A stretch of DNA of 64,000 bases, taken from NCBI RefSeq assembly GCF_009914755.1, contig NC_060929.1; one strand, given 5' to 3'. How positions within the stretch are numbered: the first letter of the stretch is position 1; each line of letters begins with the position of its first letter. Position numbers and translations under genes: made by a program. Shown piece after piece: positions 1-22,775 of this stretch. The notes beneath the pieces were generated by a model, which was not told where the DNA came from, did not search any database, and saw nothing but the letters and a program-made list of their open reading frames with translations. The DNA comes from the human T2T-CHM13v2.0 reference genome, Homo sapiens.

Positions 1-74
1 ATATATATATATGGAAAGGGATGAAGTACAAAAAAATGAAGTTGGTGATGGTAATAATAATATGATGCTGATGA

Positions 75-250
75 CGATAATGATAGCTAACCTATCTAAC
101 ATTCAGAATGTGTCAGACACTGCTCTCTGCACATTACATGTTATAATTCGTACTTACCTTACCAAACTTATGAAGTAGGTATTATTGTATTTAATTTACA
201 AATGAGGAAACTGAGGTAAAAAGAGATTAAGTTCATAGTATATAGCTAGT
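75..250 (-). mobile_element. MIR SINE fragment
   Basis: 'tattattgtattttaatttacaaatgaggaaactgagg' is the reverse complement of the MIR core; boundaries approximate. Confidence 0.7.
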
Positions 251-279
251 ACCTAGCTTAGTAGGTTATAGATTTAAAA

Positions 280-1445
280 ATTAGTTTCTTGCCCATATCG
301 TATACCAAAATAAATTCTAAGAGAATTTAATTTAAACAGTTAAATCACAAAATTAAATCAGAAAATAACTAGAAGAGAATTTTTTTGAATATTTATATGA
401 TGTCTGATGGGGTAAGATATTTTCCAAGCATAAATACAGTGAAAGAAATCATAAAGGGAAATCTCAACATCTCTAAACACCTACTTTTAACTTTGAAGTG
501 TCTACAAGCACACAAAATTAAGAAGCAAAACATGCTCCTGAAAAGCAAAAAAAATACTCCTAATGGCTAATACCCTCAATACGTAAAGTGCTTATAAAAG
601 TCAATAAGAAAAACAATAATACCTTGAAAGATAGATGATCAAAGAATAGGAAAAGACAATTCACAAAAGAAAAAAATAAACATTACTAGGGCTATATGAA
701 AAATAATAATAATAGCTATTATTGAGTTTTTAATCTGGGCCAGGAACTGTACTAAATAATTTTATTAAATTATTAAATCTTCAAAACAGTTGTGTATGGT
801 ATGCATACCCAAGATCACAAAGTTAGTAAGTAATGGGAATAGGAACCCAGGTCTGGCCAACTCCAGACTCATTATTTAACCATTATAGTATACTTCCTCC
901 CGTGGTGTGCAACACATTCCAACTTGCAAGGGTCCACTGAATACCTCTTCCCAACTCTATGTTCAGTCATGTTGTGTTGGTGGCTTGAAATGGGCCATGG
1001 TGGCCCATTTCAAAGATCAGTAAATGCTACAAATGAGCCCCCACCACCTCCCCAGACAGCTAGTTGTTAAATATTTACCATAATACAAAAAATGTGAACT
1101 AAAATTCCAGTTAGATACTATGTTTGCCTAGAAATTAGCAAGGATTAACAGACAATCACAGTAAACTAAATTTTGATGCTGAAGGCATGTAAATTAGCTC
1201 AACCTTTTTGGAAAAGTATTTGGTAGTATGTATCAAGAGTCTTTCAGAAGCTTATATATTTCAATCTTATAAATCTACTACTGAAAATCTAGAGGAAATA
1301 ATCAGAGATGCATATAATGACCTGTGGGTGTTCATTTTAATATTATTTAAAGTAAAAATGTGAAAACTCCTAAAGTAGACAATATGAGGACTACAGTTAA
1401 ATAATATGTGTAATAATCATATGATGATATATAACAAAGCTATCA
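280..1445 (+). mobile_element. Ancient L1M (L1ME-like) 3' fragments, interrupted by MIR (~705-895) and MER63
   Basis: Degenerate ORF2-3'/UTR-like words ('tataccaaaataaattc', 'caacctttttggaaaagtatttggtagtatgtatcaa'); A-rich + strand. Confidence 0.5.
900..1085 (-). mobile_element. MER63-like hAT-Blackjack DNA transposon relic
   Basis: 'ttggtggcttgaaat..ccatggtgg', 'aaatgctacaaat', 'gttgttaaatatttacca' resemble MER63 as recalled. Confidence 0.55.
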
Positions 1446-1462
1446 GAAAGTTTTGTTTTTAA

Positions 1463-7433
<5,971 letters not shown>

Positions 7434-7479
7434 TTGTTTTTAAATTCAAAAACATTGTAAAACCATAAATGAAATGATT

Positions 7480-7710
7480 CATATATTATTTAATATATAT
7501 GCTTCTATACATATATACTATATATATTACTCAGGTACATGGGTCTTTTTTATATACTTTAGTTGAGTTTTGTATTTTTCTTCATGTAAAACCTATATAT
7601 ATTTTATATATGTCTGTGTGTGTATAAATGTATATGTGTGTATATATATGCATATATATGGACCTATTTTAAAACACTAAATATATATTTGAAATCTATA
7701 TACTTAAAGC
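7480..7710. repeat. (TA)n/(TG)n-rich low-complexity spacer between two L1s
   Basis: Runs such as 'tatatatgtctgtgtgtgtataaatgtatatgtgtgtatatatatg'. Confidence 0.7.
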
Positions 7711-7791
7711 ACCAAATAAATTGAAACATATTTCATGCTTATGAGTGTGAAGACTGAATACTATAAATATGACAATTCTTTAAAAACTAAC

Positions 7792-8238
7792 TTATAATAG
7801 ATGGCCGAATAGGAACAGCTCCAGTCTACAGCTCCCAGCATGAGCAACGCAGAAGACGAGTGATTTCTGCATTTCCAACTGAGGTACTGGGTTCATCTCA
7901 CTGGGGAGTGTCAGAAAGTGGGTGCAGGACAGTGGGTGCAGCACACCGAGCGTGAGCCAAAGCAGGGCAAGGCATTGCCTCACCTCGGAAGCGCAAGGGG
8001 TCAGGGAATTCCCTTTCCTAGTCAAAGAAAGGGGTGACAGACGGCACCTGGAAAATCGGGTCACTCCCACCCTAATATTGTGCTCTTCCAACTGGCTTAA
8101 CAAACGGCACACCAGGAGATTATATCCCGTACCTGGCTTGGACGGTCCTACGCCCACGAAGCCTCGCTCATTGCTAGCACAGCAGCCTGAGACCAAACTG
8201 CAAGGTGGCAGCAAGGCTGCGGGAGGGGTGCCCGCCAT
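7792..8238 (-). CDS. ORF0: L1 antisense ORF0 homologue, open for 148 codons (expression unknown)
   Basis: MAGTPPAALLPPCSLVSGCCASNERGFVGVGPSKPG matches the primate L1 ORF0 N-terminus (MAGAPPPASLPPCSLISDCCASNQRDSVGVGPSEPG); context acaATGG; stop codon lies in the 5' TSD. Confidence 0.6.
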   Translation of the reverse strand: MAGTPPAALLPPCSLVSGCCASNERGFVGVGPSKPGTGYNLLVCRLLSQLEEHNIRVGVTRFSRCRLSPLSLTRKGNSLTPCASEVRQCLALLWLTLGVLHPLSCTHFLTLPSEMNPVPQLEMQKSLVFCVAHAGSCRLELFLFGHLL

Positions 8239-8814
8239 TGTCCAGGCTTGAGTAGGTAAACAAAGCAGGTGGGAAGCTCACTGGGTGGAGCCCACCACAA
8301 CTCAAGGAGGCCTGCCTGCCTCTGTAGACTCCAACTCTAGGGGCAGGGCACAGCCAAACAAAAGGCATCAGAATCCTCTGCAGACTTAAATGTCCCTGTC
8401 TGACAGCCTTGAAGAGAGTAGTGGTTCTCCCAGCATGCAGCTGGACATCTGAGAACAGACAGACTGCCTCCTCAAGGGGTCTCTGACCCCCAAGTAGCCT
8501 AACTGAGAGGCACACCCCAGTAGGGGCAGACTGACACCTCACACGGCTGGCCGGGTACTCCTCTGAGACAAAACTTCCAGAGGAACGATCAGGCAGAAAC
8601 ATCTGCTGTTCACCAATATCCGCTGTTCTGCAGCCTCCACTGCTGATACCCAGGCAAACAGGGTCTGGAGAGGACCTCCAGCAAGCTCCAACAGACCTGC
8701 AGCTGAGGGTCCTGATTATTAGAAGGAAAACTAACAAACAGAAAGGACATCCACATCAAAACCCCATCTGTACATCACCATCATCAAAGACCAAAGGTAG
8801 ATAAAACCACAAAG

Positions 8815-9829
8815 ATGGGGAAAAAACAGAGCAGAAAAACTGGAAACTCTAAAAATCAGACCACCTCTCCTCCTCCAAAGGAATGCAGCTCCTCGCCAGC
8901 AATGGAACAAAGCTGGACAGAGAATGACTGACAAGTTGAGAGAAGAAGGCTTCAGACGATCAAACTACTGCACGCTAAAGGAGGAAGTTCGAACCCATGG
9001 CAAAGAAGTTAAAAACCTTGAAAAAAGTTTAGACGAATGGCTAACTAGAATAACCAATGCAGAGAAGTCCTTAAAGGACCTGATGGAGATGAAAACCAAG
9101 GTATGAGAACTACATGACGAATGCACAAGCCTCAGTAACCGATGCGATCAACTGGAAGAAAGGGTATCAGTGATGGAAGATGAAAGGAATGAAATGAAGT
9201 GAGAAGAGAAGTTTAGAGAAAAAAGAATAAAAAGAAATGAACAAAGCCTCCAAGAAATATGGGACTATGTGAAAAGACCAAATCTATGTCTGCTTGGTGT
9301 ACCTGAAAGTGACGGGGAGAATGGAACCAAGTTGGAAAACACCCTGCAGGATATTATCCAGGAGAACTTCCCCAATCTAGCAAGGGAGGCCAACGTTCAG
9401 ATTCAGGAAATACAGAGAATGCCACAAAGATACTCCTTGAGAAGAGCAACTCCAAGACACATAATTGTCAGATTCACCAAAGTTGAAATGAAGGAAAAAA
9501 TGTTAAGGGCAGCCAGAGAGAAAGGTCGGGTTACCCTCAAAGGGAAGCCCATCAGACTAACAGCGGATCTCTCAGCAGAAACTCCACAAGCCAGAAGAGA
9601 GTAGGGGCCAATATTCAACATTCTTAAAGAAAAGAATTTTCAACCCAGAATTTCATATCCAGCCAAACTAAGCTTCATAAGTGAAGGAGAAATAAAATAC
9701 TTTACAGACAAGCAAATGCTGAGAGATTTTGTCACCACCAGGCCTGCCCTAAAAGAGCTCCTGAAGGAAGCACTAAACAAGGAAAGGAACAACTGGTACC
9801 AGCCACTGCAAAAACATGCCAAATTGTAA
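8815..9829 (+). pseudogene. L1 ORF1p, disrupted
   Basis: Starts ATGGGGAAAAAACAG; fragments 8924-9106 and 9269-9604 (KRPNL..GVPESDGENGTKLENTLQDIIQENFPNLAR); frameshift and stop codons. Confidence 0.9.
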
Positions 9830-9892
9830 AGACCATCAAGGCTAGGAAGAAACTGCATCAACTAACGGGCAAAATCACCAGCTAACATCATA

Positions 9893-13714
<3,822 letters not shown>

Positions 13715-14689
13715 ACAATGAGAACACATGGACACAGGAAGGGGAACATCACACACCGGGGCCTGATGTGGAGTGGGGGGAGGGGGGAGGGATAGCATTA
13801 GGAGATATACCTAATGTTAAATGACAAGTTAATGTGTGCAGCACACCAACGTGGCACATGTATACATATGTAACTAACCTGCACGTTGTGCACATGTACC
13901 CTAAAGCTTAAAGTATAATAAAAAAAATTAACTTATAAGTTTAATAAAATAAACATAAAATATAAAACACAATTCCAGTAGAATTTTTTTAAAACTTGAT
14001 AAGATGATTCTATAATTTATCTGTACAATTGTGTGGAATTATGAATTATTTCCTTATTCAGGAATTTTACATACCAAATTTTATATAAAGATATGTAATA
14101 TAGCACTCTACATCTGAAAAATACTTGATATAGTAATATAAATGTTTAATTCATATTAAACAAACAGTAGAGATTTTATAATATGTTTAGTTTTTTTATA
14201 TATGTAGATCTTATGATGGGGAACACACGAGAAGTATAAACCAAGTGCAATCGATATCAAAAGGAAGAGATTTCTTCTGTTTGGGGACATGAGGAGTAAG
14301 GAACATCACTATCATCCACGTAAGTGGTGAGTGTTTGAGAAAAACAGTCTAATCAGAATTATAATCTGTTCACTTGAAATCAAGATGACAAGCTTTTTGA
14401 AGTTCCATTAGTGATATCACTCTTTATTGTAAATTGACTGGAAATACCCTCAATTCATGGCGGTTTTATAGCTCCCACTCATGGAGAAGCTATAGTTTTG
14501 GTTGTATAGCTTTGCATTCTCTTAGGGAAACTGTTGCTTTCAACTTTGGTAAGACTAAAAATTAAATGTCTGATAATATGTGAGCTCTAAATCTTAAGAA
14601 TTGTGACAGTGGCCTTAGGATTCCTGTCTGGATTCATTTATTTTTTCCCTAGAATAAACATTAAAACCAAATATAAGTTTTGCAATGGA

Positions 14690-15400
14690 GGCAACCTTGT
14701 GTACAGGGAATAGCATGGAATTTGAAATCCAAAGACCAGTGCTTAGAGTCATATCTCCTCTTTTGCCTAACTGAGTAATATTGAGCAAGCCAATTAACTA
14801 TACATTTTTCTTACATCATTCATTCACTGAATCAATCAACAAATATTTACCACTCTACTAACATACATCAAACACTGATCCACACTACAAATCAGTAAAG
14901 ACAGACAAAGCCTGTGCTCGTATGAATCCTGCGTTGTAGTTGCAGACACAGAAAGCAACACCAACATAGCCCAATAAAGGCTAATGTAATTTTTAGATAG
15001 TTAAAAGTGCTTGAAGAAAAATAAGACAGAGTAGGATGATAGAACGTGTAGGGATAGAGATGGGTGGATTGGAAGAGTAGGCTGATGAGATGGTCAGGGA
15101 AAGCCTTTCTGGGGTTGTGGTGTTTAAGAAAAAACTCAACTGGGGATTTAGCTCTGCGAAGAATGTGGGGAGAACTTTGAGGCATGAAGCACAGTTGTAA
15201 AGGCCTAGGGGTAAGGGAAGAACTACAAGAAGGCCAGTGTGGCCAGGGTGGGTGAGCAAAAGGAGAAAGGTGGTAGGAGATGAGATTGGAGTGGTAATAC
15301 CAACCTCATCACCACAGGGGCCATGGAGATTAAATGAGATACAGGTGTGAGGATACCCACAGTGTTAGTCCACAATTCACTCTATAAATACTAGAGGATA
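14690..15400. mobile_element. L2a fragment (14812-15292, - strand) inserted into a MIR (+)
   Basis: 'cattcattcactgaatcaatcaacaaatattt' is an L2 3' tail on the minus strand; 'ggtcagggaaagcctttctg' is L2; MIR-like flanks on both sides. Confidence 0.7.
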
Positions 15401-17364
15401 GTAAGAAAGGAGGGCCCTGGCATCTTTATCATCATTTGTGGTTTGACCAAGCCATAGAGGTTGTGATTTAGACAGAAGGCAATTCAGCAGGTAAGATTTT
15501 CCTCTGGAAGTCTTACCAAGGCCAGTCCATCTGGGGCTCACTGGAGGCCACATTTTGTTCTATGCAACATGTTCATTTCTTCTGAAGAACCCACCATTGG
15601 CCAGCACCAATGGCTACCTCCTTCATGCTGCAGATATTTGGCACTGAGTGTGCACTGCTGCCACTCACTCTTGCAATGTCATATACAAGAACAACTATCT
15701 GGTAACACAAGAAATGGTTAGGGAAGCTTTGACAATGCATGGCACAGTATAAAGAGGACGCCTTCAAGGAAAGTTTCATTTCTAAATGTATGCAGTTGTA
15801 TGTGGGCAATATTTACCATCTTACCTTTATCAGGCCCTTTCTATCTGGGCTCAATTACATGTCTTGTAGCCAATGTAGTCTCACTTAACATTTGGAGAGG
15901 TATGATCGCTAGAGAATGATGTGGAAAACCACACTCAGTCATAATCCCCTTTTCCCACAGTCTAAAAGGGAGTAAGATTCACTTGGTTTAGCATTTGACA
16001 ACATAATGCACGGTTGTCAGATTTGCCCTTCTTCCCAGACCATCACCTCCCTTCTGCTACTCTGCTATTACTTTTGACCTCGTTGCTCATTCTCCTGTCA
16101 CTGCTACTCTTCCCACCTCATCCTGCTGTGTCAGCACATGTTACACTCTCCTGGGGCAAAATCTCTGTCCAGAAGTGTGGGAAGAAGAGGGAGAGGCTGC
16201 TATGCTCATTTTCCAGGGTGACAGTTGTCTCAATATCTTGGTGTAGAAATACCTGCCTATCCACAAGCCTCCAGGCACCATGGTCCTAGAACACACACTC
16301 TTTCATAAGCCTTGGGATCACAGAGTGCATGTGAAACCTATACAAGTTCAAGTGGACTTAAAAGTTTTTCAAATATGCTTTTTGTTGTTGATCCTCACAT
16401 TCATCTGTACATCTGGCTTGGAAAATCTGAAGCCACAAGATCAGCTCTTCTTGACTGGTTTGCTGCTGTAATAAAGCCAAACACAAGCATGAGGCTCTAA
16501 AAGGCAACTCCCCTTTTGAATGAATGCTCTCTCCTCTATCCAGAGTTCATTGTGGGGTTTTGTTGTGTTTCAGTTACTTAGATAACATTTAAAGAGGTGT
16601 CTCCATAAAGTGAGAGATGGAACATTAGTCACATGCCCTAGGCCCTTCAAACTCACATTGCCTTGTATGTGCCCCGGAACATAAAATAAAAGCCAACTTT
16701 GCCATTAGGCAAAGGCCATGTAGGCAAAGTCTTTGGTGCTGAGCAAGAAATGAAAACTGCCAATTGAATCTTCCAGGTCCCATTGATTCCTCAGTAGAAA
16801 ATAGAAGGCTTTCACACTGTGGGTTTGAGTTGCTACTTGAAAAAGTCATCAGAAAACTTTCTCAAAACTGTCATTGGATAAGTCATTTGGCCTCTACTTT
16901 CAGCTCCTTCTTTTCTTCATACTGGGACTTGATGTGTTGATTTCCTAAGGGCTGGCTTTGTTTTAATTATAAAGAGAATCAGGTTTGTCTGGACTTTGGA
17001 AAATTATACTCCTTGAACTTGCAATTATTTTCTACAGGAGAAATCTCATAAAACAAGTTGTAATGGTAGAATTAAGGGCCACATGCTTCGGAGGGACAGG
17101 AATGGGAGAGTGAAGGGTCTAGATTTCAGGCCGCTGGTGCGGGCACCCCATGTGTTCACAGCTGATGTCAGTCTCTCCCTTAAGATTTTTTTAAAATGCC
17201 TACAGCTTGTGGCTACTTTCTTTTCTCAATCTCATTCTGCACCTATGTTATTGCTTTATTGTCATTTCAGCTCCTTGGTCTACAGTGAAACAACCAAGAG
17301 TCTAATCTCTGATTTTATAAGTATAAAGGCTTCCAACCCCAGTCCTTATAGACACTTCCTCTTG

Positions 17365-18245
17365 CTCAATTTAGTCCAACAAATGTTTACCAAAAGCCGG
17401 CTGAAATCAGCAGTGGAATTACAAAGATGAATAAGTTTCGGTCCCTGCATTAGTGAGTGTTAGAGTCCTTAGAGTCTAGTAGAAGAAACAGACACTTAGT
17501 AGATAATTTTAATAATTTCAATACAATACATTAAGTACTGAGCTGGAAATCTTCCCCTTGTGCTACGGAAATACAGAGCAGAATGACCCTAGTTCAGCCT
17601 AGAAGTTCAGACAAGACTTCCTGTGAGAGGCTATAACTAAGTTGGGTCTTTAAGGATAAGCAATATTAAAATAAGTGGGAAAGGTGTTCCAGATGGAAGG
17701 AACAGCACAAGTGAAAGCAGAAATTCCTAAGATAGCATAGGGTCTACAGGGAATCATAAGCAGTTGATATTATTTTGGCCTGAATAGGTATAAGTTAAGA
17801 GGTTAGGAAGAAATGAATTTATAGAGGTTAATCTGTGGCTGCCAGGTGCTAAGCGCCTTCCAGGTCCCCCAGAAGAACTTGAATTCTATAGGCGATGTGT
17901 AGTCTTTGACTGTATTTAAATGGGGACTGATGTGGTCAGATACAAATTTAAGGTAGATAATTTTGGAAAATTTTTCAAGTATGGATTCCCAGGGGATACT
18001 ACTGAAGACATGGAGATGAGTCATGAGGCTACTGGGTCCAGTATAGAGATGATAAATGGGGATGGAGAGAAGCGATACAACTGAAAGATTCTAGACTTGG
18101 TGATTGACTGATTGATTGATTAGATGTCGGGGAGGTAAGAAAGAAAGATCAACTGAAGGTAACTAGGGTTTCTTCATTGTGATGGGGTGGTTAATAGGGC
18201 TGTCATTGGATTAAGCACTATAGAAGAATGAGATTGTTTGTAGAT
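17365..18245 (-). mobile_element. L2 (L2b/c) fragment
   Basis: 'caacaaatgtttacc..gatgaataag..gtccctgc', 'agtctagtagaagaaacagac', 'aaggtgttccagatggaaggaacagcacaag'. Confidence 0.7.
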
Positions 18246-18987
18246 GTGATTGCCGTATAAGAGGCAGTGAAGCACACAGCACCCGAGTAGTCAGAGTGCA
18301 CGGATCCTGTATCCAGTAGTGATTTGCAGGGATGGCATTAGAGATTTCAAGGACAGGATTTTTCAGGTGCAGAAGGAGCTCACCCTGGGCTGAGCTAAGA
18401 CTTCTGAAAAGAAAAAAAAGTGAAAATATCCAAAGAAAAATTCTGATTTGGAAATATTGTAAGTGGTTTTCTTCCCCTATCTCCCACCTTCATCTCTTGA
18501 CATGCTGTAGCCACCATTATAGTGTTTTTCCTATAAGTCAAAAGTTCCATGTACCACCATTTCAATACCATAACAGTTTATTCTTAGAGCATTTCTCTCT
18601 CATTTCCAATATTTCCCATAAAGTGTCATGAAAAACTGGTCAGAACGCAATTTCTGTTTCCATTTTATGGTAACTTCTGCTTGTTTAAATCTCTCTGTGA
18701 TTCCATCAGTAACTAAATACATATATCACTTGAGAATTAGAACTACACATTTCGAGACTATAGTAAGAAGCATTTGCATTTGCTTGTTCATGGGGAATGC
18801 TTATTGGCTGGAGGCTTTTGTCTCTTTTGGCTTCTCTTCTCAACTTCAGTTACCTTTTGAAGATTTAGGTAATTCTATCTGAAAACAAAAAAGCATACTT
18901 GAAAGAGAAATATTAAGATTTACTGCAGAGAAACAAGTAGGCAGATGGATTAATTGTAATAGTTTAAGTCAAAACTGCCTTTTGAAC

Positions 18988-19404
18988 CACGACTATCAAA
19001 TAAAATACAATGCGAGCCACACATGTGTGCAGTCTTGAATTTTCTAGCAGTCACATTACAAAAGTAAAAAGAAGAGGGTAAAATTAATTTTAGCAATATA
19101 CTTTACTCAACCCAGTATATCTGCAACATTATCACTTCCTCATTTAATCAATTGACATGTATTAATGAGGTTTTTTCACATGAAGTATTTCGAATATGGC
19201 ATGCGTTTTACACCTACAGCCTATCTCAACTCTAATACTAAATTTCCATAAAACACACTTATTTGTACTTAGATTTCATAAAATCTGAGTTGTAAAGTTA
19301 CACCTACCCACTTTGTTCCAAACATACTTAATATTTCCTCAGGTGCATTCACCAAACTTTAAGTGTTTGACGTTCTCCTGCAGGTACTGTGTTGGACAGA
19401 GTAG
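18988..19404. mobile_element. hAT-Charlie relic (MER33/Charlie5-like)
   Basis: 'aatacaatgcgagccaca..ttttctagcagtcacatt..aaagtaaaaagaa..aaaattaatttt' and terminal 'tgtgttggacagagtag'. Confidence 0.65.
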
Positions 19405-19893
19405 CTGCAAGACTTTTAAAATCTTTCCTTTCACCCAAATCTTCTGATACTGCAAATGAGCTTAGAGCAACTGAATATTTCAGGAAGATATATATGAACG
19501 TTTTGCAAATCACCTAAGCCTTTGAGATCTTACCTAGAAGCTCTAGTTAATGGAGATATCAAAGTAGCTCAGCCGGGCTTCTAAAGATCTTTAGAGGAAG
19601 GTGTGAAGCTTGATGCAATGGAAAAATAACAAAAAGCAAAAGCATTCGACTAAGGCAGGCAGAAAGGTGTCTGGCAGTGTCCTGTAAATATATCTGTGAA
19701 AGTTTTAAAACACTTATTTTATTGTGAAATCTTTTTATAATGTTAAAGTAGCCTTCAAGGTTAGTTTTAAATGTTGACATAAGTTTTCGTTTTTGTTTGT
19801 TTGATCTTTTTTCCAAATACACTATCTTAGAAAATTCACTAATTACCATGTGCTCCAATGTAAACCTAGTTACCATCAGAAGTTAAGAATTCT

Positions 19894-20589
19894 GGCCAGG
19901 CATGATGGCTCACGCTTGTAATCCCAGCACTTTGAGAGGCTGTGTGTACTAGTCCGTTTTCATACTGCTGATAAAGACATACCAGAGACTGGGTAATTTA
20001 AAAAGAAAAAGAGGTTTAGTAGACTCACAGCTCCATATGGCTGGGGATGCCTCACAATCATGGCAGAAGGTAAAAGGCACGTCTTACATGGCAGCAGGCA
20101 AGATAGAATTGAGAGCTAAGTGAAAGGGGAAACCCCATATAAAAACATCAGATCTCATGAGACTTATTCACTACCACAAGAACAGTATGGGAGAAACTGC
20201 CCTCATGATTCAATTATCTCCCACAGAGTCCCTCCTACAACATGTGGGAATTATGGGAGCTACGATTCAAGATGAGGTTTGGGCCGGGACACAGACAATC
20301 CATATCACCAAGGCAAGTGGATCACTTGAGGAGTTTGAGACCAGCCTGGCCAGCATGGCGAAACCCCGTCTTTACTAAAAATACAAAAATTGCCTGGGCA
20401 TGGTGGTACACAGCTGTCATCCCAGCTACTCAGGAGCCTGAGGCAGAAGAATCACTTGAACCCGAGAAGTAGAGGTTGCAGTGAGCTGAGACAGTGAGCT
20501 GAGATTGCACCACTGCACTCCAGCCTGGGTGAAGAGCAAGACTCTGTCTCAAAAAAAAAAAAAAAAAAGAAACAAAGAAAAGAAAAAGA
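19894..20589 (+). mobile_element. AluS split by a THE1 LTR (Alu parts 19894-19944 and 20308-20589)
   Basis: Alu start ggccaggcatg; resumes 'ccaaggcaagtggatc'; poly(A); TSD aagaattct at 19885-19893 and 20590-20598; 13-bp tandem duplication cagtgagctgaga at 20479-20504. Confidence 0.92.
19945..20307 (-). mobile_element. THE1B-like solo LTR (ERVL-MaLR)
   Basis: tgtactagtcc...ccatatca termini; 'ctgctgataaagacatacc', 'cagatctcatgagacttattcactaccacaagaacag'. Confidence 0.93.
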
Positions 20590-22624
20590 AAGAATTCTTA
20601 TTAGTAAAGTAAATGTGGTTCAAGGTTAAAGCTCACTGCCCACCCCTGCCTCTGGCCCAAACACATACATAGGGACCTGTGTGGCTTCAGAGCAAAAAAC
20701 CTCTAACAAAGGCCAGCAGCAGAAGTGTTTGGACAATGTTGTACGCAGTGTCAGAGTTCAGCAGTTGGAAAGATTGTTTCTTTGCCATCAAATATTTTAA
20801 ATTTCTGGCAGGGGTGGAGTGAGAGGTGGAGAAGCAAGGAGTCATTCCCTGCTTCTCCTTTCTGCCTGGTAAACTCTGGCAGGGTGAGCCTGGAAAGCAC
20901 TCAGCCTGTACCCTGTACCTGCACTGAACATGAGCCAACGTGTGGGGTCTAGAATGGGAGTGAAGGCAGAGGAGGTGATGGGTGGGGCAAATCCAGGCTC
21001 CTTCCTGGCTGCAGCAACCTCCGGGCTTACCCCTCTACCTCCTACATCTTTTGTGCTCAAGGTTCACTTCCCTTTAGTGACTATTTAGCAGATCTCTTAT
21101 CTTCAGAGTCTTATGACACATTCCAGGAAACACTGGCCTTTCATGCCATCCACCTCTTGCGACATTTTAGACTAGTTCTCAGAGCATGATGTCTGCTGTC
21201 CTATCTCCCCTTCCTCTAACTCACCATTTTCTACTTTTTTTTTTTATCTTGAGCTCGCATTGTGTTTAACATTAACATTTAGACAAAGAGAAACGTTTCA
21301 GCTTTTTGACTGCAGTTATCAGGGTTTTGAACACAAGTCAGTTAAACTTAGTAATCATTTATGGAACACCTGCCCTATGCTAGGAGCCTCAGTAGGTGCT
21401 CTGGTGTCAGATGTACCACATAACACTCAGGTGGGGGAAAAACAAACTAGAAAATGCTGGCCTTTCTTCCACGTACAAACTGGGTGACATAAATATTTAA
21501 ATGGCCAGATATTCCTAAAAGACAAATTGGTAACAGAGTATATATAAATTTTTCTTTGTTCTCAAAAGTCATGCTGGTGATCTATTTGCATTCTGATCCT
21601 ATTACACCCCAAGTGGACGTTTGATAAAAACAAAGCCAAGAATAAATGGAAATCACAAAAAATCTTGCCAGCTCTTTGCTTCAGATCTCTGGCTACTCAT
21701 CTTACAGTGATGACTTGGGCCAAGGCTTCCTTCTGAGACATTTTATTAAATGTGTTCAGTAATTCACTTTTGCCCCATTAGAAGCATGGATCCTGAGATT
21801 TAATCTATCTTACTCATAGAGAATATTTGACCATTAAATACCTAAAAGTGATCTAGGTAGAAGAAAACAGGAACCATTGAAAATACAACATGAACATAAT
21901 TTCACATTAAATCTGAGATGGATTTGGGTGGGTATTTGGGAGGTCGGGAGTGGCTGGTGCCAAAGGAAGAAAGGGAAAAAAGAAGAAAAAGGATGGTTTC
22001 TAACCTCCTGGTTAGAAACAAAAACCCTGGAAGGGAGGGACACATATCCATCTAACCAGCTTCTGCCTGTGCCATCTCTATCACCCGTTTCTAAATTCTC
22101 TCCAAAATATTCACGCCTACTTTTGGTGTGAGACTTGTGTAAGAAGGTTATGTTTACCATTTTATTTTTACTCTGTGAGAAGGTTATTTTACCTTGTGTG
22201 ACTGACACAACAGCTGTCAGTGCTCTGGAAGAGGCAGACGCCTTCCGTGACAAGTTAAATGGCCACCTCTGGCCATCTAATCCACAGTCCTTTCCTGACA
22301 AGGAAACATCACGGGTAGCTAACGAGGTGATCAGAGTAGGAGTTGAATAACAGTAAGAAAGAATTGGAGACAGTTTAGGGGGATGGAATTGACTTGTAAG
22401 ACTTAAAGATATGGATGCAAAAGAAGAGAATCTTTTGCAATGGAGAATACAGACATAGTTTGCTCCTGAGAGAAACACAGCTGAAGAGGAATTATAAATG
22501 ATTGACTAGAGTACCATAATGATGTGAAGCAGCCCTGGCAGTCAGCATGGAAAGAAGGAAAGGAACCGTAGCAGCATTGTAGGAAAAAAAAAAAAAGGAT
22601 TCCAAAATAGGTTCCAATATGGCT

Positions 22625-22775
22625 CTCAGGGTCTGATGTGGCTCCTTTCCTAGCTGTGTGATCCTGGAGAAATCATTTAGCCTCTCTGAAATTCACTCAG
22701 CTTCAATATTTTCATCCACAAAATAAGAATACTAGCTGGGATAATCTTTCAGCTACCTTCAACTCTAAAATTATT
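22625..22775 (+). mobile_element. MIR fragment
   Basis: 'ctagctgtgtgatcctggagaaatcatttagcctctctg'. Confidence 0.6.

Noticed and set aside
13770-13795. G-quadruplex-like G runs (also near 36245 and 36650)
   Set aside because: Standard feature of L1PA 3'UTRs.
21834-22478. 214-aa minus-strand ORF in non-L1 sequence
   Set aside because: Non-ATG start, no recognisable domain or coding-like composition; likely chance.
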